A stretch of 64,000 nt of DNA from Dimorphilus gyrociliatus (GCA_904063045.1 CAJFCJ010000029.1:496001-560000), one strand, 5' to 3'. Shown: positions 48,273 through 61,860, counted from the stretch's first letter. A program made the numbers and translations. The notes: generated from the sequence alone by a model not told the origin.

Positions 48273-51200
48273 CTAAGGGAAAAAAGTATAGATAAGATAC
48301 GGCATTGATAAAAATTCGCAGAGGAAAGTAAGTTCCTTAAGGAAGATACGATCGATTTTTGTAGTAAATTTCGCAGGACAAACTTGAAAATGGTGGGTCC
48401 TTTTATTTCCGCAAGGGAAAAAGACATTTTTACTTCATTTCTTGATTTTTGATAAGGACAGATTAGCCATAATTTTCCTTAATGACTTCCATCACACGGC
48501 TATGTATTATATATACATTAAACGATGACATGATTTATTAGTAAAAGATCTTTCCATTTATCTCGTAATGTTTTTACGAAGCAAAATTGAACGTTTAATT
48601 AAGACTTATTTTACGGACGCAGAATCTTACTTACCTGTATAAAATTGATAATTACTAGATCAAAAGTAGTCAGTAATTGTAATGAAGAGAACAGTTCAAT
48701 AGCTTAATTAACTTAATTAGTAATTAGATCTAAAAATAAAGTACACATACAACAATGATAGTGAGCTTCTATTCTTCAATATGAGTAATGAGGCCAAAAT
48801 TAAAGAAATTAAGACCCCTGCGACGAAGAGGAGAAGTGATTAGGGAGAGGGAAGGAAGAAGGCAAGGCAACAAAAAAGCAACAGATCTACGGTTTGTTTG
48901 TTTTCGAACACGAGTTTAGGAATTTTCTCAACTACTCATTTGAAAGGGCATAACTATTATCTAGTCTGGTCGGTTATGATCTTTATCTTATTCGTAACGT
49001 AATAATCTCTTTTGCACCTGGCTCGATAAACGTTAAAAAGAACTTCTTTCATCGAAATCTACTATCGTTAATTATTTCAATGCATCAGTTGAATGACTAT
49101 GATTTCCTTTTCCCCGAGCAGAATAGGATTTTTAATACTAAATATGAATTTAGAGCTATTTAATTTTTCATTATAAAAAAAAGTAAATGCTTATACATGT
49201 GTGTTTAAGTGAGAGAGAGAGAGAGAGAGAGAGAAAGAGACAGGGAGAAAGAGAGGAGCAAAAGGGGAGAAAATTCCATTTGTCCCAGTGGCTAGAATGG
49301 ACGTAAATAAGGTCAGTAGCTGCGGGGTGCCCTTGCCTTCAAAACTCTGTTCTATCCTGTTTCAGGAAGTTCCGAGTGGAATTTAAAAAGGATATCAGCG
49401 GAAGTTATGTTTTTATCTGAAAAGCCAATTTTCTTGTAAAGTTTAATTTGAACCCCTATCAAGTATTTTTATTACGCAAAAGTAACAAAATTTTCCTTTC
49501 GTCACTTTTTAAAAATTTTCCTCTATTACATAACAATTTTCTAATTTATCGTTAAATCTCTTTCTACTTAGAAAGACGACTATTAATTAATTCTAAATAA
49601 AACTATATTTAACCGATAAAAATTGTTACAAAAAAGATAAAGTACATACAAAGACTATTATGAATAAAGTAAAAGAGAGAAAACAAGATAGAGAAGGATT
49701 GATTTAGAAAGTGAAAGAATTGAGCGTGGGCTATACGAAGAGAGAGAGAGAGAGAGAGAGACTTAAATACATACTCTTTACTTAGAAAGAAATAATCATT
49801 TTTTAAAGCTTTCTAATCCTTTAACACCTTCAGTATTGAATTGAAACTATTTTCTATTCTTTTAGGAGAAAATCGAAGTTTATTACGAAATTTCTCTCAA
49901 ATTTCATTTATTATTCTTGTCATAGAAATTGCAATTCAATTATTCGAATACGAAATGTAATTATATCAAATATATGTCGACACCCGTTAACATTTTCACA
50001 TGATGCATAAATTACATCATTCCTTCTAATTGCTTGAAACAATTGAACAGTTTATTATTATTATTATTATTATCATAACTGAAATGTCATTACGATTTCT
50101 TTTTTTGTTTAAATTTGATCTCTGTCTGACCTTGTCATTTTCCAAGTTAATAAAAAGTTGATAAAATCATTTATAATTTGTCCTCTAAAGCGCCTGCAGA
50201 GAATTCTCCTATTTAAATTGTAAGTTTGAAAGTTTTATAGAGGGGTTTACGCATTTTGACATTTTACTTCTTGGAAATATTTATGACGGAAAATGGGAGG
50301 AGAGTGGTATAGTGAAAATGGAGCATATTTGTCCGATACGATCAGGCCGTAAAATGGACGCCCACTAATTTCTCGCTTTATTCTTTGAGTGCTTTTCCTT
50401 CTCTCAATCCCTATTTCAATAATCTTTAAAATTGTTTGTTCGATATTCTAGTCAACGGGACGAATAAATAACAGTTACGAATCCTTTAGACCCTTATCAC
50501 CTTTTTTTTTATTAGCTATCTGACATGTCAGAAGGTTTCTAACAAGATTTAACGTGACATTTAAACATTTTAAAATAGAATACATTTGATTATAAACTAT
50601 TTAACTAATAGATTAACAAGTAACTTGCTAGCCTCGAAATGAATAACTTCATTATAACAATAATTATAATAATAAAGCGAAGGGAAAGGCGTTAGATGGC
50701 GTTGCCGTCAAAAGAACTTCCTAGCCGTGGTCTTAACGGTTAAAAGATAAATTACATTGATTTACAAGTAACTGCTAGAGGGCAAATGCTTAACTTTCGT
50801 CATTCTATTCTCCCAATCAAACTTTTATATTCAACGCTTTTACAAGTATTCTGTAAGCGAATAAACATAAAAAACCGAAACTCTAGTTCTTTAGCATTTC
50901 ATTTCCTTGTATGACGTCATAAGTATATGTTCAAAATTTCTTCGGGTATCCGCGTTAATGACACGTTAATATTTACGTATTACAATTGTACCGTAAAAAA
51001 TTCAGAATAAGCCATTCAATTGCGAATTGTAAATACAATCTTTTCTTTCTAATTAATTAGTAGCCAGAGGCTTTAAAAAAATAAAATGAATGCAAATAAA
51101 TAAATATTGAAGTTAAAAAAGTAGAAAAGAGGAAGAAAACTTCATTAATATGTATAATATGTTAATTTAGATAAACACGAAAATCAGTAGTGAAAACACA

Positions 51201-51840
51201 TAAATCTTAAAAATAAATAAATAATAATAAAATGATAGTTATCGATTTAATGATAAGCTCGGTGGCAGTTTTTAAGGAAGGCAAGCGCGTTTACCTGACA
51301 TTTAAGACACCTGCGGTGAATTAGGTTGGTTCAAAGAGGCGGTATCCTTCAAGGGCTAAAGTATGACGACTTTTAAAGTAGGAATACCGCTTAAAGCCAT
51401 CGATAAAGTTGTAGTTTAGAATTGTAAAGTAAAAGAAAAAGAAGGAAAACAATCTCTTTAAAAAATTAAATGATGCTAATTGCGATACAATGATATTAAT
51501 CTTAGCAAATAAAAACATTATTCCCACGTTAGTTGAGGCCTAAATTAATAATTAATATTCATAATTGTTTACTAAAGCATAATTAATTAGATTAATTAGT
51601 AATTAATTTATTTATAACAAGTAGAAGAAATAATTAAAGTTTCCTAAAACCCCTGCCACTACCTTCCAACATTATGAAATGTTTTGCGTCGGTAAGAGAC
51701 TCTCTAAATTTCAATTATTAAATTCTTTAAGTTCTCTTACTCCTTATTGACACACTTATTTGTAATATATTAATTATTATCCGTGCACGCAAGTTAAAGC
51801 ATCCATAGAATAAAGAAATAAAGAAATAAAGAAACCGTTA

Positions 51841-51843
<3 letters not shown>

Positions 51844-51875
<32 letters not shown>
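51844..51875. repeat. (CT)n microsatellite
   Basis: Uninterrupted TC run. Confidence 0.95.
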
Positions 51876-51879
<4 letters not shown>

Positions 51880-53779
51880 CTTGTTGCCCAGTTTATAAAT
51901 TTGAAAACATTGAAAATTAACAAAGTTTATAATGTTATAAAACAGTTTGAAGTAACATTTAGAAAACAGTTTGTTAGACATTTCTATAGAAAGAAAAACT
52001 TGCTTACATTGTTTTCTTGTTTATTTGTTTGTTTATTTATTTATTTAAGTAAGAATCGCGGAGGACGATTTTATCAAACTATCCTTATCAATTGTAGTAA
52101 CATGAAATTTTTCTTTACACTCCAATGTTTTATTTTCTTTTATTTTAAACTACCGAAAGTTCTTAGTTAAGATTTCGTAATCCGTATTTTAGTGTATAGT
52201 GTATATATCTATGTATATTTTAACGCCATTTGATGGTTATAAATACCAAGATAGTAATATAATACTCTTTCTAATTCATTTCTGGTGTAATACAAGAAAG
52301 TGTACAAAATGCTTTGTTTGTTAACGTACAAACTTACTCTCCATCAACAGATGGTTATGCTTGAAGTACCATTATCTTTTTTTCTCCTTTTTTATGTTTA
52401 ATATATTATAATATATTACATTATAAGTAACGCCTTTGTATAGGGTGAAACTTGTACCATTTTTCTTTATCAATTAAATTGTAATACCCAATCTTTTCTA
52501 TCCCCTTAAAAAGTTTACATTTTAGAAAATGTAAAAATTTTTTAAGCCGTATGAGCTTAATGGTGCATCTAATCTATCGAATAGGCGCTTAATAAAGGTT
52601 AAAAGGTCCTTGAAGCAATTTCGATTGTGTATAATAATAAGTCCTTTAATAAGATAAGTAAACGGGTAATAAAAGGAGAGGAGTAAAGAGCTATTTTTAA
52701 GATTTTGCACAGTTGTAGCCGTTAATAATGTAACAAACTTTAAACGTTTAAAAAAGATTGTGGAAAGGAAACGTTCTCTCGAAAATAATCTATCGTTTGG
52801 TGTCGCTGGAGAGACATCCAACTTTACAAACAAAGTGACAAAATTACGTCTAAGCTACCTTACACCGCTTATAGAACGTTAAGACATCGGGTAAACAAAG
52901 CCTCTATCGGTTGTATCCACAATCAAACATCTGCCTTGTGGTATTTCGGTGAAGGTTAAGCTTTTAAACAGCCTTTTATAAACTTTTACTTGTACTAAAA
53001 CGACACGCGCTCCCTTCTTTACACACACAACATATACATACACGTTTGAAACGTATATCGAGAAAGTTTTAATACGCTAACAATAGAAACAAATATTCAT
53101 AGTAGACTCTATGAAATATCGATAAGATAGAAAGTTTTAAGAAAACGCGACTAATGATTTATTGTTTCAACAACAAAAACGAACAACTGTGATAATTAAA
53201 GTTTACATGTCTAAAGAAAACTTTTACAAACTCCCTTAAGTAGAAAATCTTATCAATTAATACCGTAAATCTGTGCGTACGCATTACATTTTAACTTTTT
53301 CCTACGGGATACGGCGGATGTAGAGGGAAAGTTAAAAACTACAATAATCAAGGCAGAACGTGAAAAATTAGTCGCATAGAGGATTGTCCTCGATTCATAG
53401 GAGGATTGGAGAACGTCGAATTATACTACTAGTTCAGATAATCCCCCACAAATGATTAACGAGTTAAGATTGGAAAGGGATTGACATTCGCTCTGGTTTT
53501 TGTTATTTGATTACTTATTTGTATAAGAGATTTTCGTTTCTAAAGAATTCAAGCATCTATGTAAATTGCTTCTCTACTAATTGTTTTAAATTGCGATTGA
53601 TATTTCAATATTAAAGAGATAATGTTTATAGTAAAAAAATGAAAACAACTATTTTTGTATTCAATAAACTTTTCAAAATGTCAAAAACAATAGAATATAT
53701 CAAACAATTCAGCACCAAATAAAAAAAACGATTGGAAAAAGTCTTTTATTTTCTGAGAAAATAGCTCTTTAAACAATAT

Positions 53780-56700
53780 TTAACTTCTTTTTTCTTCTGG
53801 AATTGAACAGGCACCCTGAAATGAGTTTATTTTTATTTATATTGTTTAATTTGTTTAGATTACTATCTTATGTTTTCTCTTATATTTAGAATTGAATTGA
53901 AATCTAGATAATTAACTTACCGTTAAATCGAGCATGCTGCTCGCTAAACCGAATCTTCTGTTAGCCATGGAAGTTAATTTACCTATTGCAAAAGATAAGA
54001 TATTGAGTATGTACAGATAATTATCTCATTAAATTAAAAACCATCCGATTTAACACTCACTGCTTAATGGAGTCCTAGGAGAAATTGCTTGCGTAACGGA
54101 CGCCATGGCTTTTTGGAGGCTTTTTGGCGTTCTGGAGAACGAAAATGCCCGGCTTACTCTCCTACTCAAACAGCGGGCTGCTCTGGAAAGGCTTTTGTTT
54201 GAAGACATTGGATATGAGCTAGATTCGAAGAGGTCGCTAGGCACTACATTTTCCTATACAAAAAAAAAGAGTATAAATAAACGGTTAGGGTTAAAGAAGC
54301 CCGGCGGATAATACCTGCTTAGATAACGCCGTAAGGAGATCTCGCTTAATGGGGCATTGGTCTTCGGCCGTCGCGAAAGCGTAAACTCTTTCATTCTCAT
54401 CTTCAGAGCATACGATAGCAAAAGCACCTTTAATTTCATCTCTTTTTACGTCCACTACTCGCTTCACGCTGTTTAGGCGGATTTCTTTCAAAAATTTATG
54501 GGTCGTTCGCCTTTGAGGCGTAGACGGTAGGGCGGCAGGAGATTTTGGCATATGGCGTTTCTTCTTTCCGATTACCAGACTATCATCAAATAGAAAAAGA
54601 GTTACAGCTTGCATCGAAGCGCTTTCTTCCGTTAAACCAAAAGCGTTAGCTTGGCACAGGAAATGTCGAGAGGAACTTAGAAGAGTTGGCGGAAGGCCGT
54701 CTATCCTTTCATTCAATTCGAATAATTTGATTTGTTCGTCGGCCATCCTTTTACCTTCATTCAATTTGCAAGTAACTTGTCGAAGTTGTCGTAGAGCATT
54801 TTGTAATTGCTTGTAATCCGCGTGCGAACGGTTCGTCTTCGAAAGTAAATTCTCCAATAAAAGTTCCATACTAGGTAACTTCTGCACAGGTCTAATAACC
54901 AATTCAGCTAAACTTTCCCTTGTCCCATCTAAGCGGAATTTCAATTTTTTTTCGTATTCTTTAAAACGCTCATTTTCCGAATCGCATTCGGCAATCCTTC
55001 GGGCAATTCTATCTTGATATTTAACGTAGGGTGGATAGACCTTTTCCAATCTTGCAATCTGTTAAAGAAAAAAGATAGATTGTTATTTAAGTTATTTCTT
55101 TATATTAAATCTTTTAACGTGTTTTTAATTAAATTATAAATAATTGTAATAATTAAAAAAATTACTCACATTCTTTTGAATGATATTTCCAATTAAACAA
55201 GAATCTTGCCAATTGTTCACATGATAGTTCAATTGTTTTAAAATTTGACAGTGAGTATCGTAAATTTCTTGTAGAGAACCGAAAATATCCCGAATGTCAT
55301 GCTGAGTTAAGATAGCACCACCTGGTTGGTTCGAGCATTCCAATTCATTTTTCACCTGCGCAAAAAAAAGTTCATTATGCAAACAGAATTTAAATTACGG
55401 CAATGGTAAAGCGTACTTACTTTAATCATAAAAGCTAAAACTTTGGCGTAATTACGTTCTTTCTGTAGCATTTCCACAACTACCTTCTGACGTGCCGACA
55501 TCTCCCTACAGATATCCGGTACGTTAACAGCTGGAATACGGACGGGGCTTTGTTGGCTTTCCGAGAACAATGGTGGCAAATTTTCTTTATTAAATAGGCG
55601 TTTTCTTTTTGTCGATCGTTTTGTAACCGGTTTGGTTGGAGTTACAAATATCGGATCGTTTTGCATCTTAGTTACGGTTGATTCCTTGTCACCTGTTAAA
55701 CAATTATGTCACGATTAGACGTTTGCCTTTAAAGATTTGGCAGTTTAATTTGACGCCGAATTACGCTAGTAGTTTGCTTCCTTTTTTTTGAGTAAATCTC
55801 TTATAGAAGCATTCTCTAGTTACAGACGGTACGTAATAATTATTGCGTTTGGTTGCATAATATGAAAAGTGTAAAAAATCTCGAGAATACCGTCGAGATT
55901 CACTCAATCATCCTTCGATGGACAAATGTTACGGCAATTTACGCACTAGTACCACGTTTTTTAAGACATGTTTTAAAATAGATTAGAAATTTTTCAGCCA
56001 AGTGGCCATATATATCTCGAATTAGTATTTTCTTTAACTATGCACCAAACAATGAGAAAGTAAACTTTCCCATAATTCACCTGCAACACACGTCGTAAGA
56101 TCAGGTGACGTCACCGAACGTGTATTATTAACGAGGCGTGACGTCAAAGCTAGAGAGTTTTCATTCTTTTGTTCGTTTTATATCAAATTTCGTAAACAAG
56201 TGTTGGAAAAAAACAAAAAGGTTAAGAAAAAAGGGAAAAAACCAAAAAGCTCTGCCACCCTCCGATCGTCGAACTCGTTTGGCAAATAAATAAAACAAAT
56301 AAGCCTAACTGCTCCTATTAATTAACGCCAAATAAACTAGCTCTGGCGCCGGTCGTTTACGCCGAACTACTGAACTCAGTCTGGTTGTATGATTTATTAG
56401 TCAAGCTGAAGTTTTTCGTTTTTTTTATCTCTTATCTAGCCAGCTTTTCGCACTTCGTCAAGATCATTAGTCGTACAAATTTCACGTAAAAACGAACTAA
56501 TCTAATGTCTGGTTTATCCCATTCCTAAGCCGGTTTAAGACAAATACCACAGGGAATATACCCTGACGAGGAGGAGAGGATGTATTGAGTAAACAAATAA
56601 GGGTACACACCCTTTTCTATATACACACAAACTAAATTCTATACCTAGAGGATTATTAGGCAAGAGATAGGAGACATATATAGTATATACTGTATATCTA

Positions 56701-57450
56701 CAAATATATATATATTATACTTATATACTTATATAGGTAGTCAAAGAGAAAGAGAGAGAGAGGAAAAGAGCAGTAAAAAAGTCGTTGAGTGCAGGTGGCC
56801 TCGGATTATAGATGTTTGCCCGGTTACGCATAAAACGTATATGTACTCTCTCTTTTACGTCCACTCGACACGTTCGTTGCATTTTCGGCCGTTCGCAAAT
56901 GATTGATTACGCAAAAAGAAAAAAGGGTTTTACGGCCTTTACTTAGGCCTATTAGAGACTAATTAGACCCCGAGCGATTGGGGCAGTCGAAAACAACGGA
57001 CACGTTTAAGAACGAACGAGGTGTTTAATAACGTCGAGTGCCTTTCATGTAGCCGGCGTTATCTGATCTCAAGACTTAAAAGTTTCGCTGTTACGTCACG
57101 ATTTTAACTAGATGGTTGCACGTGGCCTCAGAGACAATTTGTTAAAAGTATTTGAAAAGCAGATAACAAAATTCTACTAATCGTTTAGCATTGAAATAAA
57201 TCTACATACTAATACGTAGAATGATGAAAGATATATATCTCTTACCTTCAATGTTATCAACCATCCGCAATGATGTGAAAGATCTGGATACTCTCCTTAA
57301 CTTATTTGGTGGTTCTACTTCATCTTCTGGCCAAAGCCATCCTGTCCATAAATCGTCGAATGTCCTATCAATAGACTTGCGAGAACAATCACTGTCTTGG
57401 CGGAGTCCTGAACGGCTCTCTTCCATAGTTTTCTTTTGAGTGTTTTCCAT
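53780..57450 (-). CDS. ECT2: ECT2/pebble-like RhoGEF (DH-PH plus ECT2-type C-tail), 7 exons, 565 aa, with no BRCT domains in the model
   Basis: Exons 57246-57450, 55421-55692, 55170-55355, 54315-55058, 54061-54253, 53921-53982 and 53780-53815 join in phase (1698 nt). SARQKVVVEMLQKERNY (DH CR1), LVIRPVQKLPSMELLL (CR3), PH motif VTLFLFDDSLVIGKK and tail SRRVSRAFSFSRTPK resemble ECT2. The symbol indicates family, not strict orthology. Confidence 0.85.
56106..56146. promoter_or_regulatory. Two full CRE palindromes (TGACGTCA) 33 bp apart in RhoGEF intron 1
   Basis: Exact matches at 56106-56113 and 56139-56146. Confidence 0.5.
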
Positions 57451-57558
57451 TTCGTCTGAGTTTAGGCAACGTTTTCACCGAGTGGACGTGGCGCCTTCAA
57501 TGAATGGTGAAACAACTTCTAACTCATTAATATTCACTGGCCCCTAACCGCCCTTCAG

Positions 57559-57637
57559 CCAATCAGCGCCGAGTACGATCCGCCTATCAGCGGGGTGACG
57601 CGGGCGTTGAGTGTTGGTTGGCGCGATTGTGCGAAAA
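57559..57637. promoter_or_regulatory. Cell-cycle-type promoter of the ECT2-like gene (CCAAT box plus E2F-like sites)
   Basis: CCAAT at 57559, TTGGCGCG at 57618-57625 and GCGAAAA at 57631, in a GC-rich patch 110-190 nt upstream of the ATG. Confidence 0.5.
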
Positions 57638-60600
57638 ACTTATTTGTTTACTGTAAGAAAAAACTGTCGACGTTTTATATCGATTTAACTCTACGTTGGG
57701 GTAGAAATTTTTTTTTAACCATTAGTTAACAATAACTGAAGAAAATTAATGCCAGTATGGTATGGGAGGAAAGGGAAAATGAGAAAAACATCTGCGTCAG
57801 TCCCGAAATACGGTGCCACCCGTGACGCGAGACAAATTAAGTAAACTGATTTTTTTGTCTAATTGTAATTACTGAGTCTCTTGGTAATTTTGAATAAAGG
57901 TAATAAAGCCAAATGGTAATTTGTGACTTGACTTTGTGAACAACTTTATATTATTCTGAGAAAAACAAAATGATATTTCAGTTCTCATGGTATTACTCTG
58001 CTAAATGTATAGGAGAATAACATAGCTATTATGGTTCAATGATATGCAAACGATGTTGTAAAATACGCATTTAAAAAATCTTTTCCCTTATGCTTTAACT
58101 TTAATTTCACTCCTTTTTTCTTTTTATTAAATATAAGAATATTGTTTAGAATAAGGCATTTCATTCTATTTTATTCTCCTCTTTCTTTTTTAATTATTAT
58201 AAAAAGTTTTATTACAATATTGTTTCCCATGTTTTATTGTTTTGCAACTTCTCTATTATATTCTAGACCCTTTTATTTCAGTTATGACCTCTCGTCATGA
58301 GCATTTCGATAGCAAAGAAGTGCTAATACTCATACTGCGATAGGCTCCTTAAAGGTATCTAATTAGGGTTGTAATTCCATGGGTATGTCCATCTGCTATA
58401 GGGACATTCGATATCTTCGTTTTATTTTATTGCATAACAAACGAACTCCTGTCACGCGAGTATGGTAGGCCTATTATTTACCGATTCGACAAAGTGAGAG
58501 TGACATGTAGGATTAGTTAAACAGCCCGGTGGAGAAGTGCTAGAGCGGGGCGCCACGGAAAGGAAGATAGGTTAACCGAACATTCAACCCTAAAGACCCT
58601 TCGACGGCAGTACTGCCATCTGTAGATTCAACTTGTTGCTGACCCGGCTAGGGGCGATACACTTGGGACAGCCGGCAGTTAAAAAGACATTTCGAAAGCT
58701 TGACCGCATGCGGCGTTGATTTTTAGAACGGCATACTCGATTGTAGTTCAAAAAAAAGAAAATAAAACCCTCCTTACTGGACGCTTTGAGACCCTCGGAA
58801 ATACCTAATTCTATATAAATATATCAAGTAATACCTAGCCCACAAGCTTTATAGTATATTTCTTAATAAATTATTTATATGTACATATTTTTTAGCCCTA
58901 CTTAGCAACCACGATACGTAATGGTCTAATATATCACCCTGCTTTAGAATAATTTCACCCGTTAAAGAGATTAACACCTTTCCATATTTTATTTGGTAGG
59001 ATTAAAAGACCATTTTTTCCCGTTTAGGTGAAAAGTAAACAAGGAAACGCCAGAGATTGTTAAATTTAGTTTTAGGAAACGTATGCTAATTTTTGCATTT
59101 GTATAAAAATCGTGCACAATTAAGACCTTTCTATCTCTGTTTTTGTAATTTACCTACTATTATTTACTCGTAATTATAAACAAATAGCCAAGGTTAAAAG
59201 GGTCAGATAAATTTTCAAGTACGCCGTATGTCAGATTTGCGTGAAGATTAGTCATAAATTATAACAATTCAATTTTCTTGAAAAGAACGGATTTTCGGTT
59301 GAATAAATTTGAAATTATGACCATAAAACGGGAGAAGATGTTGAAAAGACTAACTCCGGCTGTTTACGCCCTAAAATTGATACACGGAAAAGCTTTAATA
59401 GATAAAAATATAAAAGACCGACAGTGTAATTGATGCTCAATTCAAACATTAAGTTATAAAAAGGAAAGTCAATAGACACATTAAATTGTCTTTTTGTCGA
59501 AAAAGTATCATTTTTTGTTTAATTTTTTTTCTTTAAAAAAAAAACAGGTAAAATAAAAAGAGTAAAAGTTAAATGTACTTTTAAAAACGGAATCACGGAA
59601 CCGTTAAAAGTAACGCTTTTCATAAGTAAAAGTCTTGTTTTTATCGTTTCTTTTCAACCCCTTTTTCCTATTATAATTGTATAATAAAGGAAATTTTTTG
59701 CTTTTTACTATACCTAATTAGTTGACCCCCTATATACATTTAGGGCTTATTAAATATATTGGCCTATGGTATAAAACTCTAATGAAGTAGTGATAAAATT
59801 TAGATGTATTTTAATATACCGTTTAATTGTTAAAGAAAAACGCGGATATTGGTTATAAAGCGCTATAGTAGGTTTAGTACACTGTACTTGATATTTATTA
59901 GCCATTTATACGCCGCTTATACAGTTTCTAAGTAGACTTGATGTACTGGAAACTATTAAAATGTACGAGAGCAAAACGTCTTTGAACGAAACGTTTTAGT
60001 TGGTTTGATGCGTTCGAATTTATTAAGCGTAAAACTGTTTACATGCGCGTTTGACGTAGGTCAATGGAACGGTCACTTTCTTTATCATTAAATACTATTG
60101 GGATAAAAAAATCCCTATTATTAATTATCTATCTATCTATGTGTTTTCAATAACGTATTTTTCATTAAAATACTACTTTGTATACCTTTTCACGGCATAG
60201 TGTATTGTATAATTATCTCTTTCCCATCATTTACATAATTTACCACTGTAACTAATTTCTCTTGTAATTGATTTGAAATTTACTAAATGTTAATATTATC
60301 TATAAGAAAGGAAAATTACTTTAAATATAAAAGAAACTATAATTTATGTTATTGTAAAATATAGGCAACAGGTGTTACTGTTCATTTAAAGTGTGATTCG
60401 AAATCTATAATTAAATTAGGCTTTCTAAATGAAAAAAATTGTTCTCTGTTGTTGACTGAGATTATGTAGTCACACCCAGACTTATCCTTATTTGCGTAAG
60501 CTTAAAACAACAGGTGTATCACAGACATTAGACTTTTAAATTGCGTTCAATCAATGTGATATCTGTTGTTTTTGTATTTCACTTTTTTTTCAGACTCTTC

Positions 60601-61763
60601 CTCTACAAAACAGGATGTGTTTAGTCAAATTGATAAATTCTCCTATTTCCTCGATGTCACTATTTAACGCCGGAAATTTAACCAACTTTTCGATGAGGAA
60701 TCGCAAAGAAGCCAAACAAGATTTACCAATGACACCAAACTATTTTATCTTATTAGGACAAGCCTTCAATAGATAATAATCACGGACGACGCCAGATAAT
60801 TTTTATATGACATCGCAACATCCAAGATTTTATAGACCCATTAGTGTGATAAGAAAGTTTATCAAGACCGTAGGGAGGAAGTGTCCTTATGAAACATAGG
60901 GCGTGTGTAAGACAGTGGCACCTACCGGTGCATTGAACGTGTGCTGTATTAAAATACTATAGAGTTGGACAAATACAATAATTTATTATGGAATATTAAA
61001 AGTAAGAAATTCATTTGTTATTATGTTATCAATTCCTCCAATAGTTTAATTACATTAACATGTCTATGTAAAAACTAATGTTAATAAAAGTTTTTCAAGC
61101 GTAAACTTATTAAAACCTGAAGAGTTTTGTTACATTTACTTATCACTAGATCTATCACTTATTTTCCAATTTATAAAATGGTAAGAGTAAAGAATTACAA
61201 GTTGTAAACTTTTACAGAGGAAATAGTGATTATACATATCTTACGAAACAGTTAAAAATCTCTTCAGTTGCTCTACTTAATCAGATTTACATATTTTGAA
61301 CTATACATATGTAATTTTTGTTATATTAATAAAAAGATTCCTCTCAATGTTAACTTTAATCATTAAACAATCAAAGAAATTTCCCTCAAAGTTAAAATGA
61401 CCAACAATTATTATTCTTCAAACGATGTTTGAAAGAATAAAACAAATTTAATGGGAATTCTTATGACTTGTATATCAAGATTTTCAATTAAAAAGTTAAA
61501 AAAAAAGCAAAATTGTAAGATAAGGATATTCTTTGAAATAAAGCATTCTTCTGTAACAGAACTCTGTGAGTAAAATTGTTAATTTTTTCATTTTTTCCAT
61601 TGAGATACGTCAATCTCTTCAAGCTTTGAAAGTCAAGACAAAAATTAAGTAATTAAGTCTACGACGCTTTCTTACTATTAACATAATGAATACTTAGTAA
61701 TGTTTCAATTATCGTTAATCAAGATAACAGAACGATGAGAAGAGGTCTTAAACAATAATAATG

Positions 61764-61860
61764 CGCCATCTAACGTGCATAGACAGAGCAAGCCGTTTCC
61801 TACACTGTATAGACATAGCTGCCCGCTATCTAACGTGTATCGAAACAGCTGAACGCCACT
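61764..61860. repeat. Degenerate 30-bp tandem repeat (about 3.3 units)
   Basis: Units start at 61764 (cgccatctaacgtgcatagacagagcaagc), 61794, 61824 (cgctatctaacgtgtatcgaaacagctgaa) and 61854. Confidence 0.7.

Noticed and set aside
49297-49386. Plus-strand ATG-exon/54-nt intron/exon giving MDVNKEVPSGI*
   Set aside because: The product is only 11 aa with no supporting exons; likely chance splice-like sites.
52522-52881. Overlapping ORFs on both strands near 52.5-52.9 kb
   Set aside because: No recognisable domain or consistent exon chain; compatible with chance in AT-rich DNA.
60365-60516. Two Scratch/Snail-like CAACAGGTG motifs
   Set aside because: Only two short matches with no linked TSS; insufficient to call.
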